This document shows positions 31,749-64,000 of a stretch of DNA of 64,000 nt, one piece after another. Origin of the DNA: Tubiluchus corallicola (taxonomy: Eukaryota; Animalia; Priapulida); the NCBI GenBank assembly GCA_030141605.1, contig JAQGDQ010000024.1, positions 620,001 through 684,000 on the forward strand, read 5' to 3'. The notes under the pieces are model-generated. The model was not told the DNA's origin, made no database searches, and was given only the letters and a program-made list of their open reading frames with translations. The position numbers and the translations under genes are program-made. How positions within the stretch are numbered: the stretch's first letter is position 1; every line of letters begins with the position of its first letter.

Positions 31749-32720
31749 CGATCATGACAATCTTACAAGCATATATATTTAAAGGCTCACTGTCACACTT
31801 TGGACGTTTTTTGAGAATCAGTAACCTCTTCCTTTTAGACTTTCTAACCATGGCACAAACCCACAATTACTTAAAATTTTGAAACCAAACTTGAAAGACA
31901 AGAAAATTTAAAGTGAAAAAGTTAGAACACAAACTGGATTTGGGCCATTCAAGTTCCCACTCAGACAAAGTACAAGCTTTCAACTATTTCAATAATTAAC
32001 TTATAGTGTAAATGACATGAATCCAACAAGATAGTAGCTGAAATTACTACGAATAAAAACTCCACAATTTAGAAAAAATGTGGCGCTTCAGTCAACCACT
32101 GATAGCGGAAAGTCTTCAGTTAAAAGAAAAAGTACAAAATGTCCCAAAGAGGCACAGAAGATCACTACTACATTTTGAAGTTTCCGTTGAAGCACTCACC
32201 AAAGAGAAGGCGAACAGAATGCACAACACAGTAAAAACATATAAAAACAGTCATTAATTAGAAATGTATGAGTAATAAAGCTACAAGGAATAAAGCTTTC
32301 AAAGAGAGCATACTATGAGCGATTTAAGAGTTTTTAAGACTACAATCCATTGTAGTGGGTTCAAGAACTACTTAGGAAAAGGAAAAAAGACAGTGCTTCA
32401 CATTGTAAATACAAATAGATAATTTTTGGAATACCTTAACACGCGATAACTTGAGAATCTGACGGAATTTTCATAATTTTATCAATGATCAAGCGTACCA
32501 AAAGAGGCTGATTATATTTTAGTTTTACTTGAAGCAAACGCTACTTCAAGTTATTAAAGATTTCAAAGATCAAAGATTTCTTGTTTTTTGTCTACCGCTG
32601 CTGTCTGCAAAGTAGTAGCTAAAATAATATTCTGAGAATAGTTACTTCTGCAAAGTAATATTCTTAAATAATATTTTTGAAGTAACCAATTTAAAATGAA
32701 ACTAAAACTTGGAAGAAATG

Positions 32721-33480
32721 CAAATACATTGGCTTTCTACTAGGCACTGAAGAAAATATCAGAGAAGGAAAACATTGGCACTAGCGGCTTTCTCATAACT
32801 TAAAAATGTCTTCAATAACAAGAGCATTAGTCTAAATTGTAAACTTAGGTTCTTCAACACTTATGCGTCTTCCATTTTTCTATACAATTCAGGGCTAAAG
32901 TTTTCAATTTCCCACACAACAAATTAGTTTTTGAAGCGGATTAGAGTTGGGGTTGAAATTAGGTTTAAGGCTTAAGATGAGGGTTGGGTTAGTGTTAGTG
33001 TTAGGGTTGGGTTGGGTTAGGTTAGGGTTAGGGTTAGGGCATTTAAATTGTGTATGGGGAATTGTAACCTCCTTCCCAATTCAGAATTGAGGACCTTGAA
33101 AGTGAATAATCAGGTAGAGATTGATGCTTTTTAACGACGTTTATACACATCATTGTTGCAAATAAAATAGCCAAAAGCTATAAGTAACAAAGAATTGTAA
33201 GACAAAATCAAGGAAGAAAAATGGACCAGGAAGATATAAAACGCAGAAGATTTCACTGGATGGATCAAGCTCTGAGATTACCGGAAGACAGTCCCACTTG
33301 TTAAAGCTTTCCACGAATCAATTCAACCATTTAAGAAGCCAAGGGGGGGGGGAGATCGCTCACGTGGATGGATTTCACACAGAAAGACCTCAATGGAACA
33401 TATTTAATCCTGAAAGATACTTCATCATGGAGAATAGCAAAAGAACGTACCGTTTGGCGACAGAAGGTGGACAGTGTAAT
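32721..33480 (+). mobile_element. Decayed RTE-type LINE, reverse transcriptase C-terminal region
   Basis: KYIGFLLG...KLRFFNTYASSIFLYNS[insertion]ELRTL...IDAF*RRL...PKAISNKEL...RRRFHWMDQALRLPEDSP, matching the recalled RTE C-terminal pattern; multiple stops. Confidence 0.8.
32893..33076. mobile_element. Small MITE carrying TTAGGG-like repeats, nested in the RTE fragment
   Basis: 8-bp TSD CAATTCAG (32885-32892, 33077-33084); GG...CC ends with imperfect TIRs; internal GTTAGGGTTAGGGTTAGGG. Removing it restores the LINE frame YNS-ELRTL. Confidence 0.85.
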
Positions 33481-34192
33481 GCTGTTGGACGATTGATGCA
33501 CGTTTGATGCAATATTCTTTCATTTGCATGCAAAAAATTAATGCAAAAATGCTTGTAAATCATAAACATTCTTCTAGTACAAGACATTACCAGACTGGTC
33601 ACAACAAAGAAAGGCCGTTAGGAAGAAAGAAGAGCCGTTAGAAAAAGTTATTAAATTTAGTTTGCATCATTCAGGTGTCTCATCCAAATATCACTCGGCC
33701 TTGCTGACAAGTTGATAGGCCTAACTAAGCGTTCACGCATATGAACTAACAGAAGGATTTTTAACTAACCGTTATCCCTTTTATCCGCTGATTACAGTCT
33801 GTGTTAAATCCGTCGAGTGTAACAGAAAGGGCTTCCTACAACAATAAAGCCTTTTGTTGCAAAAACCTTTAGGCTTTAGAAAACTCTTTGTTTTTATATC
33901 GTACTGGAAAGGAATTCTAAATTATTTTCAAAACCATCGTACTGTTCAACATTCCTTAATCAAGCATTATACGTTATACAATAGTTATAAGAGCAATTCA
34001 AATTTCCAAAGATTCATTAATTTTAATATAAACGCAATTACATATTACAATTTCATTAATTAAACAAGTGAAAGTATTATGCAACTACAGTTTTCTGTGA
34101 TACTAATTAAAGGTACCTTTTTTAAAAATTGAAGATTATCAAGTCTGTCTCAGTTGTAGAGGCCATTTTTGACAATAAGTAATACAATGTAT

Positions 34193-34925
34193 GTAGTAGT
34201 AGTAGTAGCAGTAGTAGTAGTAAACTCTTTATTTGCCATTTTAAAAACATTGGCCATCATATTAAAAGACAGACAATCAGTGTTAGTTCATATAAAAAAC
34301 ATACACTGTTCTGGGCAAATGCGTCTGGTGCAAGCTAAACTATAAGTGCAACTAGAAATTCAAAAATAAAATATAAACTAGTTTAGTAAGGTCTAGGAGA
34401 AATGAAATTATGATTTGAGTAAGTATCATCGTGCTCGTATGTCGGATATTCAAAACGAGTTATTAAATGTTTTTTTAATTTAGACTTGAGTATTGATAAA
34501 GAGCTGCTGTGTTTTAGTGATGTCGGTAATGAATTCCAAAGTTGTATTGCTTGTTTAGTAATGGGATTCTTTCCATATTGGTTGTTCGTTCTAATGTTTC
34601 TTAAATTTAGTGTTCTGTTATTCATACTGGGGTTTTTAAGAAGTGGGAGCTTATTGTTTTTGAAAGGAGAATTAATATTGTTGATATAATTTATAGAGAA
34701 ACAGGAGAGTTTGATAATCTCTGTGGGCTTCTAATATCGGAATTTTCATGGAGTTTCTTAAAGAGGTGGCAGAATATTTACTTGTATTGTGAGATGATTT
34801 CAAAGAATGGCCATTAACTAATCGTAAAGCATAGTTTTGAAGTACATTTAATTTGATGTATGACTCTCTTTTCACTTTTTGGTACAGTATGCAGGCATAT
34901 AAATAATGGGGCAAAATTAAAGTTT
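34193..34925 (-). mobile_element. 5'-truncated CR1/L2-clade LINE 3' end with (TAC)n tail
   Basis: Minus: ILPHYLYACILY...KLNVLQNYALRLV...LLFLYK...YGKNPITKQAIQLWNSLPTSLKHSSSLSILKSKLKKHL, then a 3' UTR ending AATAAAAGAGTT(TAC)n. Confidence 0.85.
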
Positions 34926-35981
34926 TGTTTTGATCAGAAGTTGTCTAACAGACTTACATTGGGGTTGATTAATAGACAAAATATGTGTTGTTACAATCAA
35001 TGTACATATTGATACTGTTTTTTCAATAAATAATAAATTCCCACTAAGATCTGAACATGTGTTGAAATTAATTACCCTGTTTTACAGTATCCGAAGAAGA
35101 GTTACAATAGTTAAAAATGAAAAATTTAAAATCTACGGCGATGCATTGTTGCATGTGCTTTTGTAAAATGGGTTTAATGACATTAGACGTACAAAAAAAT
35201 AAATTATAGTATATCGATCAGCCCATCATAATAGATAGCATGTTTGACGTTTTGAGCATCTTTCGTTCATTTTTCAAACTCTATTTTGGTTTAAAGCAAA
35301 TTTAATACAGTAGGTCTGCTAGCTGTACTTGCTACTACAGAGCCTGCTGCAATGTATAGATGTGACATATAGGCTGCTTTCGTTACGGAAATTAGACTGC
35401 TGTATAAAACCTCTGTTCTGCAGGAAGTCCCTTAAGCTGTATAAGGTAACTGATACTAAGCGGATACCGGCTGCCGCCACCTTTTCTAAAAGTTTCAAAA
35501 TTTATTCATTCTGAAAATGGTTTGACCTGACGTGGCGGTTTAAATATACAACAAAATAGACTTTTTGTTGTTTTGTTACGTGAAATCTTTAGTTTTCAGG
35601 CAATTAATGCAGCGCCAACAGATTGAGTACTACATAATAAGACCTGCGTAGTACAATAGAAATCATTAGTAAAATAATATCAGGCTTACGCTATAGTTTC
35701 GGTGATGCGGTGAGCGATACGTCACCAAGCAACAGAGGCGAGGTAAGCCATTGCATCTGGCAGCAGCAGCAGCAGCACCATCAGCAGGCAGAATCCCGGC
35801 ATCGATTTTTCCTTGCTAGTTGGCGTCCATTACTGTGATCAAGACCAAGGCGTCGGCTGTGTTGTAATGGGAACCGAAAAACCTTTGTGAAATCTGTCCT
35901 GTTTTGTGCACAAAACTGGATACGTTTGTGTGTGTTTGTTCCTCTGAACTCTGTGATTAATTTAGCCACAAAACGGTCACA

Positions 35982-56544
<20,563 letters not shown>

Positions 56545-57876
56545 TCTCTTGCCCTTATTTTGGCAGGGTATTTTATGTGTAATTATCATATTTTTTCCCT
56601 GTGTAGACATCTTAAGATATGTCTGAATTTTGTCATCTCTTGTTGCAGTTCATTTTTGGGGGCAGCACGTGTAAATAAGTATTGCGTGCAAGGGAGAACT
56701 GATCTACTTTGACGTGTTATTGCACAATCTTCTACGTCACATTTGACACACTTCTTGGTCAGTAGAGCTTAAGTGAAGATTTCTGCTTGATAGTAACGTT
56801 ATCATGCACATAGTTTGTGAAATCGTTCATGTAGTTAAAATCATTTTTGACAGTATTCTCTCTGTTGTATTCATTGAGTTTGCATTTAGAAAAGCTTGGG
56901 ATTTGACCGTGAAAGCAAATCACTTAATGTGATTGCAAAACGTCGCTTTTAATTTTGTTTACCCATGTAAAAGATGAAAACTTGCCAATCGTGGTTGGTT
57001 TATCGCAATAGTGCTGCAACGGAAGAAAACACTAAACAGGTCTTAATTCCAGAAATGTAAGACTTGTCATATTCTTATCCTGTTTACTGTGAAATAGTTA
57101 CCCTTGCTTTATGTGCAATATCTCACAATGCTGCTGATGTATGTATTTTCAGTCATCGCTGCACAATCATTTACAAGAGTTTTTGACAACTTACGATGTT
57201 GAGGTTTAAGTTATATAAGTGCATGAAAGCATGTTGCTTGTGTAAGTTCTTGTTTATGTATATAAATCCAGTGAATTGTTGCTTCGTGTTGTGTATGTGC
57301 ATGCACTCTACGCAAAGATATTCTGGACAGAACAGGGTGTAAGTCTAGTCCCGTAGTTCACATTTCTTCATTTATTCGTGCAATGTTTCATTTAGTATTC
57401 ATTGCATACAAATGTTTCTGATGTCGTTACTGTGACAGCAGTAGTCTGCATACATAAAAGCACTAACCGCCATGAACAAATTATGTTCATGTTTGTGTTA
57501 TAAAACTATATTATTACTATAAACTGCTGAGTTTCGGAACAGCCTGCACAAAAGGCTAGAAGTCTAGCAATGTTTCAATTTCTTTCTTTTCTGATTAAGC
57601 TTTTGTGTAACTGGAAAAGAAAGTAATTAGAATTTGAAATGCTTTGCTGTAGTGCAGTTACTGTTCTGTGCAAGTTTTAATGGTTTAGTCATTTTGTGCA
57701 AGCTGAATTCATGTTTGATGGAATCATTTGTGTAAATAATTATATTTAATTTAATTTAAATCTTTTTATTGATTTAGTATGACATTTGTGTTAGCTGACA
57801 TGCCAGTGATTTTCTGTTACGTTTGTTTTGTCAATTGCAAATGATATCGTCCAGATTGTAAGCATTTTTTCTGCAT

Positions 57877-59876
57877 TTAGCTATTGCCTAGACTGTACCT
57901 GACCTTTTTTGCCTGCTTACGAATTCTTTGTCTGAATGTTTCTAAATCGCAATGGCGCAGATCACCGCAAAATTTCCGGAATGAGATTTGGAAGTTATGA
58001 ACTGTGATTCGTAAATCATTCCGCTCATCCACTGTTGCATTTTCATACATAAGCTCCTTGTGCGTTTGCATTGATCGATGTTCTGTCGCTGCGAATTTGA
58101 AGCATTGATGGTGTCCGTGCTATATAAACCTCATGTTTTTTCAAAAAATAACATCCTTCAAATGCTTTACAGTATTTACTGTTTATACTTGAGTAAATAA
58201 GTGTTAATGTAAGTCAAGTTTAAACCAAAGAATATTTGTGTATTGAACATGAAAATAGTCACCCAATCACCTATTTAATTATTTATTTAGGAAATACGTA
58301 GATTGAGTCAAGCTTAGAATTTATGTTGAGATAAGCTTGATATAGTCTGCCTATCGATCATTAAAATTGCTCAGTTACACCTGTCTGCTGATCTAGGAAT
58401 ATGAAATGTAATTGAAATGAACAACAAATTTGCTATGCGATTCTAGTTGTGTCGTCTAGATTTAGAAAATCATATATGAGATCAGCATATATTATATATA
58501 TTATATTATATATCTATTCTATACGTTGTAATAAATATGTGCAACAAAGTTATCAGATAGCGACCCGAAAGATCAAGACACACATTTATGATTGTCCATT
58601 ATTATAATGTGTTCTATGTATACAAGCCCAGTACATAATCATTGTCAGCTGTTTTTACAATTTAGTTTCGTTGTTTTGTCACTTTTCTGTAATAATAATA
58701 ATTATTATTATTACAAAGTAGTTTATATTTGTTATATACTACTGACATTTTACAGAGATCGTAAGTACTGTACTATGTACAATGTAATTTTCTTGATCGT
58801 TGATAAAAATGTTGAGAATATGTTCCTGTCGCTGGCGTCTTGTCTCGGGCGCCAAATCAAATAACGACAACTATAATAGCCATCTTATAGGAAAGCAGAG
58901 CTAAATACTGTGAATATTTTCGTTCTTTCTGCCTGGTAATGTGTGTTCACCAGTGTGCTAGAAACATTGTTGACAATGACATAGATGCCGTTCTTTCACA
59001 TTATTTGTCAGATCCTAACGTTGTCCAATATTTTCTAGTTTTAATATTTCTTCACGTCACTGATTTAACGATATTTTCCTAGACTAGTAATTCATTTAAA
59101 ATCGTTTCAGATTGCTTTGACATTGGGCATTTTAGAAAATTTCCCAGGCCTAGTTAAGATCTGTTGCTTAAAATGTCTGTTGTAGTTTAATAGTTTTTGA
59201 CTGTTACTGTTCTGTTGCTGCAGATGTTGGCCCTACACATTACCAGTCCTTTTTGCAAGAAAAGCTCAAGTTGGACAGGGATGTTCACTGTAAAAAGCTC
59301 TGCTTTTCCTGGCTTCAGGTAGTGCAAGACAGTACACAACGTTTAATAATTTGTGCTGCTAAAATGTTCTTTTTTCAAATTAATACATGTGGTCACGTAT
59401 CAGACATTTTTATTGCAACTCTTCATTACATATTTAATCTTTGCAAGGATAACCTAACACCTGTGTAACTTTTTATATAGTTAACAAGAAACAGCAATTA
59501 TTCTAGAAAGGCTATTCACATTTTCAAGCATTGCCTTCCTATTCCCACAAAAAATTAGCAGCAAAATACACTGCTGATGACGCACTAGCTGCATTGATTG
59601 TAACCAAGCACAGATAAATTTGAGAACCTAACAAGTTTATCGACAGGTAAAGCTGCCTTACAAGGTAGCGAGCGTTCGTTCAATGCGCTAAGTTTACATT
59701 TGCCCGTATAATTAGGTACGCCACACGGTAGCATTGACTGAATATTGAACGCTGTGTACCGTCGTTCTATCATTTCTGTCTGTACAATTATACACAGCTC
59801 CAACAGACGACATCTGTTGCTGAGCATGCGCACAAGACGATATGAGAACTAATAACGAGACTGTTGGGTATTGCAT
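57877..59876 (-). pseudogene. Possible decayed Ig-domain membrane-protein gene (speculative)
   Basis: Minus-strand pieces in a plausible order: signal peptide-like MQYPTVSLLVLISSCAHAQ, LPC, IYLCLVT, M*KNG...L*DGYYSC, hydrophobic IANLLFISITF, tail containing MYEN. Needs several stops and frameshifts. Confidence 0.25.
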
Positions 59877-62664
59877 TAATTAAATAAAGTACATGTAATT
59901 TGTACCAGGAACGAACTAATGACGCTTGTAACGTTTTGATCAACCAAATGCACTTCTGCTTTGCGTAAAATAGTCAATAAAATGTTTTTATTGTACGACT
60001 GCTATAGATCTTTTTTGGGCACACCAGTAACTTGTGTGATTAGAGATCTACTGCTTTGTGGGTTTAAACATAAACTGGAAAAACTTAATTTCTGTTTACA
60101 TTCAAAATGAACACTGTCAAATTTAAGAAGATAATATTCCGTATTACACAAAGCATATAATTTTTACAAAGCGTTGAGTGCGCATCCGTACTAGATTCAT
60201 GTCATGCTGACAGTGACATGCGTGGAACAATAAGGCCTGAAGACACTATACATGTACTATTGAAACTAAAAATTACATGTTGCTTAAGTATCAAGGCATA
60301 TGTGTTGCAGCTATTTAGATTTTTTACGTACACAAATCGTTCCAAACAAAGCCAAGTGGTCGTTCAAGATAAAGGCTGCGGCAAGAAATTCAAAGCGAGA
60401 GAAAACCAAATTCTTGTTTTAGGTGATTTACTAGTTCTTTTTGAAACATCGTGAAGCAGATAAACTTACATGTTGTTTCCGAAAAATAAGGCTCTGGTAA
60501 AAAAAAATCCACAGAAAAGAGGCTCGGGGGAAACTGGACTTCTAAGTCACTGTTCTGCGTTTAGGAATGTCAATGGCAAAAACGCGAGAAGCATCAACAA
60601 AGCAAATACACGGAAAAGACTAGCTGTTTGGGAACTAAATTAGTACAACATGTGCTGAGAACATCATTTACTAACCGTAGCGTAAAGGAGATTTGATGTG
60701 GTAATAGGTGTTTGAAGATGCCTATGCTGAGCACTGAGCTCATGCTGCACACCTTCATTCAAATGCCAATGATGTTTTGATTCTGCCGTTTTTAATGTGA
60801 AAAAGAATCGCGAAACTACGAACGAGAAATATGCACCTGTAAATATTAAAATATTACAATAAAATATTACACCCAATCTATGCTTTCAAAGAAGTTCTAG
60901 GCTCACACACTGATCGAGATTTTTTGCGACAGTAAAACTAGATAGATTATTTCAAATTGTAGATTTCTGCCGTAGTGTTTATATGTGATATTTATAAAGA
61001 CTAGCAGGAACTGGTCAACGATAATATGAATCATGTATAATATACGTGCCAGCGGTTGGCCACAGAGGGATTTCGTGTCACTGTCACGAAAAGCGCATGT
61101 TCTGTAAATCATTTAGTGATCAAGTCGCCGCATTTGCTTCTCTATAAAGATGAATTCCATCAAGAATCAATTCCAAATTTGGAAAAAACTCGTTTTTGAA
61201 ATTAGCAGGCGTACATATAGCTAACTACCGCTTTTTGTTTTGGAAACAAATACCACATACAGTTTTGGAAAATCCATGGAACATAAATTCGATGAGAGCT
61301 TCTGTAGTTTGTTCTGCAATTAAAACAATAAGCAGCAACTTAGGATTATTTTAATGGATTAGCAATGGAATCATTACTAGGCTAAGTCGTTCTCTTTTAC
61401 TTGTTTATGCTTGTTCTCCTGGCTTCCGGTTTTTCTATCTGGAATATTAATTTAAGCAAAGCGTCAGCTTGCTTTCAACGATTCGTATGTCGTAATGTAA
61501 ATTGTAATTACACGATGCATGTATTTTGTTTCATGTTTGATATGAACAGAAGTGAGTGTCCATGCGTTTGTAGAGTTGGTTTTCGTCCTCTTCCGCCATT
61601 TTTGTTAGTTACTTTAAAAATTCACAATTTCGACCGTCACATATCTGTCAAATATAGGGCACAACCTCGCGTGGAGTTGAATTGTGAAGATGGACACGCT
61701 TCCCGTACATGTACACGAAGCCAATTTCGAACTGGCCAATAATTTAGTTTATTCCCTTAAGATGCCGCCACCATGCAGGAAATATTCCAACGTATATTCG
61801 CACTCACTACGTATTAACCAGCCCGGCAGAGTAGAATCAAAATTGACTAAACCTAACAGATAAAAATCCCAGAATCGAAATCCTCGCTTGGTTTACTAAG
61901 CTTAATTTTTACGTTTTATGATCCCATTACATGATACGTAACTAAATATTTAGAAAACTAAATCAATATTCAGTTAGTTATATTAGCCTAATTTTTCAGA
62001 AACTTGTGCACTTATAACAATTGTAAATTATTTATTTCTATTATTCTGATTGACATATAATTTTTTATCATTGGCAGCAACTTTCTTAGATTACTACAGT
62101 ATCTGGCCCGCTATCGGCCATGTTATTTCAGAATTGGTCCTATGATGTCCGCGCTCCACTTATCTTCGCTCCATAAAAAAGAGTCCTATGATACATGTTT
62201 TATTGTTTAAATTCCGTCTTAAAAAACTATTACTCACAAACAGCAAGCATATTAACCCTACGGAAGCATGCAAGACCACAATGTTTTTGTTTTTGAAGAT
62301 GAATAAGTTGCGGACGCAGCATGACAATCCACAGCCTCAGCAATTGATCCGTTCCACTATTTATCCATCATTCTCACCTTCGTTCTGTGGGTTTACCTAT
62401 GTACCTGACTGCTTATCCGTTTGTTTATTATTTATTTGTAATTCTTTTATATGTTTTCTACTTTGCCTACCTGCACGCCTGCCTACCTACCATTTACATG
62501 CCCGCTTGTCTATTTTTCCATTTTTTGTCTATCCACAGCTTTCTAATGTGTGTTTGTTTCGCAACCAGCCTGCCAAATGCGTCCTACCAATCTGTTCTTC
62601 TACTTACCCTGCCTATTAATGTCTACCAAGTACTACTTGTTAGACCGATACTTTACTCACAAGG

Positions 62665-63366
62665 ATATTTAGATACAGGATGTTTGGATAACATTTAGAC
62701 CCGCACAAGTCTGGGAACGGGTAATTTTGTGCGCAAGATAGTTTAGACAGGATGGTTGGACATAGTGCGTTTGGACAAGGGAATGTCTGGACACAGGCAA
62801 GTTTAGAAAGTGGGAAGTTAGGCATAGGTCGCTTGGAAATACAGAAACGTATGGACGTATGAAAGTTTCGACAAAAGACATTTGGACACAAGCAAGTTTA
62901 GACAAATTCTATATTGACGCAAGGTATGGAGGTTAGACAATCAAACACGGACATTTTAAATGCGTTACGGATTTGACCAAGACCGGCATGATGTGCAGGT
63001 AGGACAGAAAATGTTGACCAGTGTCTGGCTCACTCTGACGTCACGCAAATGTGACACGTTTTTGCTATACATGTTTTCCTTCATTGACCCTTTTAGTGAA
63101 TTAAAGCAAAGCTACGTTCATATTTCCATTCATTTACTATTTTAAAGCGTCATAGGTCTCAAGACTATGTAATGCACAAATATGCACAATTCAATATACC
63201 CATGTGTCCGCTGCCAAACTTTCCATTACCCAAAGTCCGCTGTTCAAATGTTCTATTACAAAAATGTCCACTGCCCAAGTCTCCACTGCGAAAAAGTCCT
63301 GTTGTCCAATGTCCACTACTGGCAAGCGCACTGCCCAAATGACTACCGCCGAGTGACCTAGAACCA
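62665..63366. mobile_element. Foldback/MULE-like element with inverted arrays of about 15-bp subterminal repeats
   Basis: Left array (about 62665-62960) consensus near GACATTTGGACACAG. Right array (about 63200-63350) consensus near TGTCCACTGCCCAAA, in inverted orientation, ending GTGACCTAGAACC. Confidence 0.6.
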
Positions 63367-64000
63367 TCCTTATAATCCAGTTTATTGTACAATAATATTA
63401 CAAGTTGGAGAATAGGCAGAAACGTTTTTCTGTTGAAACAGCATAACTGGCTTTCCACAACATTTTCCCGTTTCTAGAATTTGATCCAGGAATAAATTTA
63501 AACCCCTTTCGAATTATCAATAGTAATATTGGGGATCCACATAATGGTAGGCCCGTGTGAAGCTATATATACTGAGCAGCTCGAACGGCACCAATTTTTC
63601 AACGCTGGGCAAGTTCGAGGCTGTAATCAAGTATTACTTTGAACAGTAACGGAATTGTATTTTGTAAGTGAATTTGCGTTTGTCCAAAGTCAAAATGAAG
63701 AACAAAATAAAAATGGCCACTGCTAACTATTAGGCTTATCCCTATAACTCTGTAAATACAGCTATCACTATCACTTGAAACCGATTTCACTTTACAAGCA
63801 TTCCCCACTGCTCTGTGGCTTAGAAATCTTGCTCCCTGTCTTGACTTTAGCACCTAAGAAGCCACTATAAAAACTTTATTTTTCTGGCTTCAGGAGCTTA
63901 ATCGTTGTTCTCATGTGTAACTCACATCGAATTGAGAATAGAAACTGAGTGCAGAATAGTACAGATTTATAATTAATACGATATTTTTATTAGAAATTTT

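Noticed and set aside
32980-33040. True telomere or chromosome fusion scar
   Set aside because: Only about three perfect TTAGGG units, enclosed by TIRs and a TSD.
62188-63458. Several 78-143 aa ORFs near the window end
   Set aside because: They derive from low-complexity tetranucleotide-like and 15-bp repeat arrays and show no protein motifs.

Overview
AT-rich, intron-rich eukaryotic genomic DNA, almost certainly from an invertebrate animal. Three spliced + strand genes can be rebuilt by hand from GT-AG sites with consistent reading frames. (1) 780-18813: a 5'-truncated pyruvate:NADP+ oxidoreductase (PNO), i.e. pyruvate:ferredoxin oxidoreductase (PFOR) fused to a cytochrome P450 reductase-like FMN/FAD/NADP(H) module, with 25 exon positions and about 1365 aa in the window. 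(2) 22269-28452: an alpha-arrestin (ARRDC family, 6 exons, 464 aa). (3) 35982-56544: a canonical G-alpha-o (8 exons, 354 aa). The headline is an intact, heavily intronised PNO, an O2-sensitive enzyme known from protists and not part of textbook animal metabolism, ending about 17 kb from a metazoan G-alpha-o. It also carries two duplicated 119-nt, apparently mutually exclusive exons encoding its second [4Fe-4S] ferredoxin motif. The rest is introns, MITEs, decayed LINE and Tc1 fragments, and simple repeats. All coordinates and family calls come from manual reading and motif recall; no searches were run.
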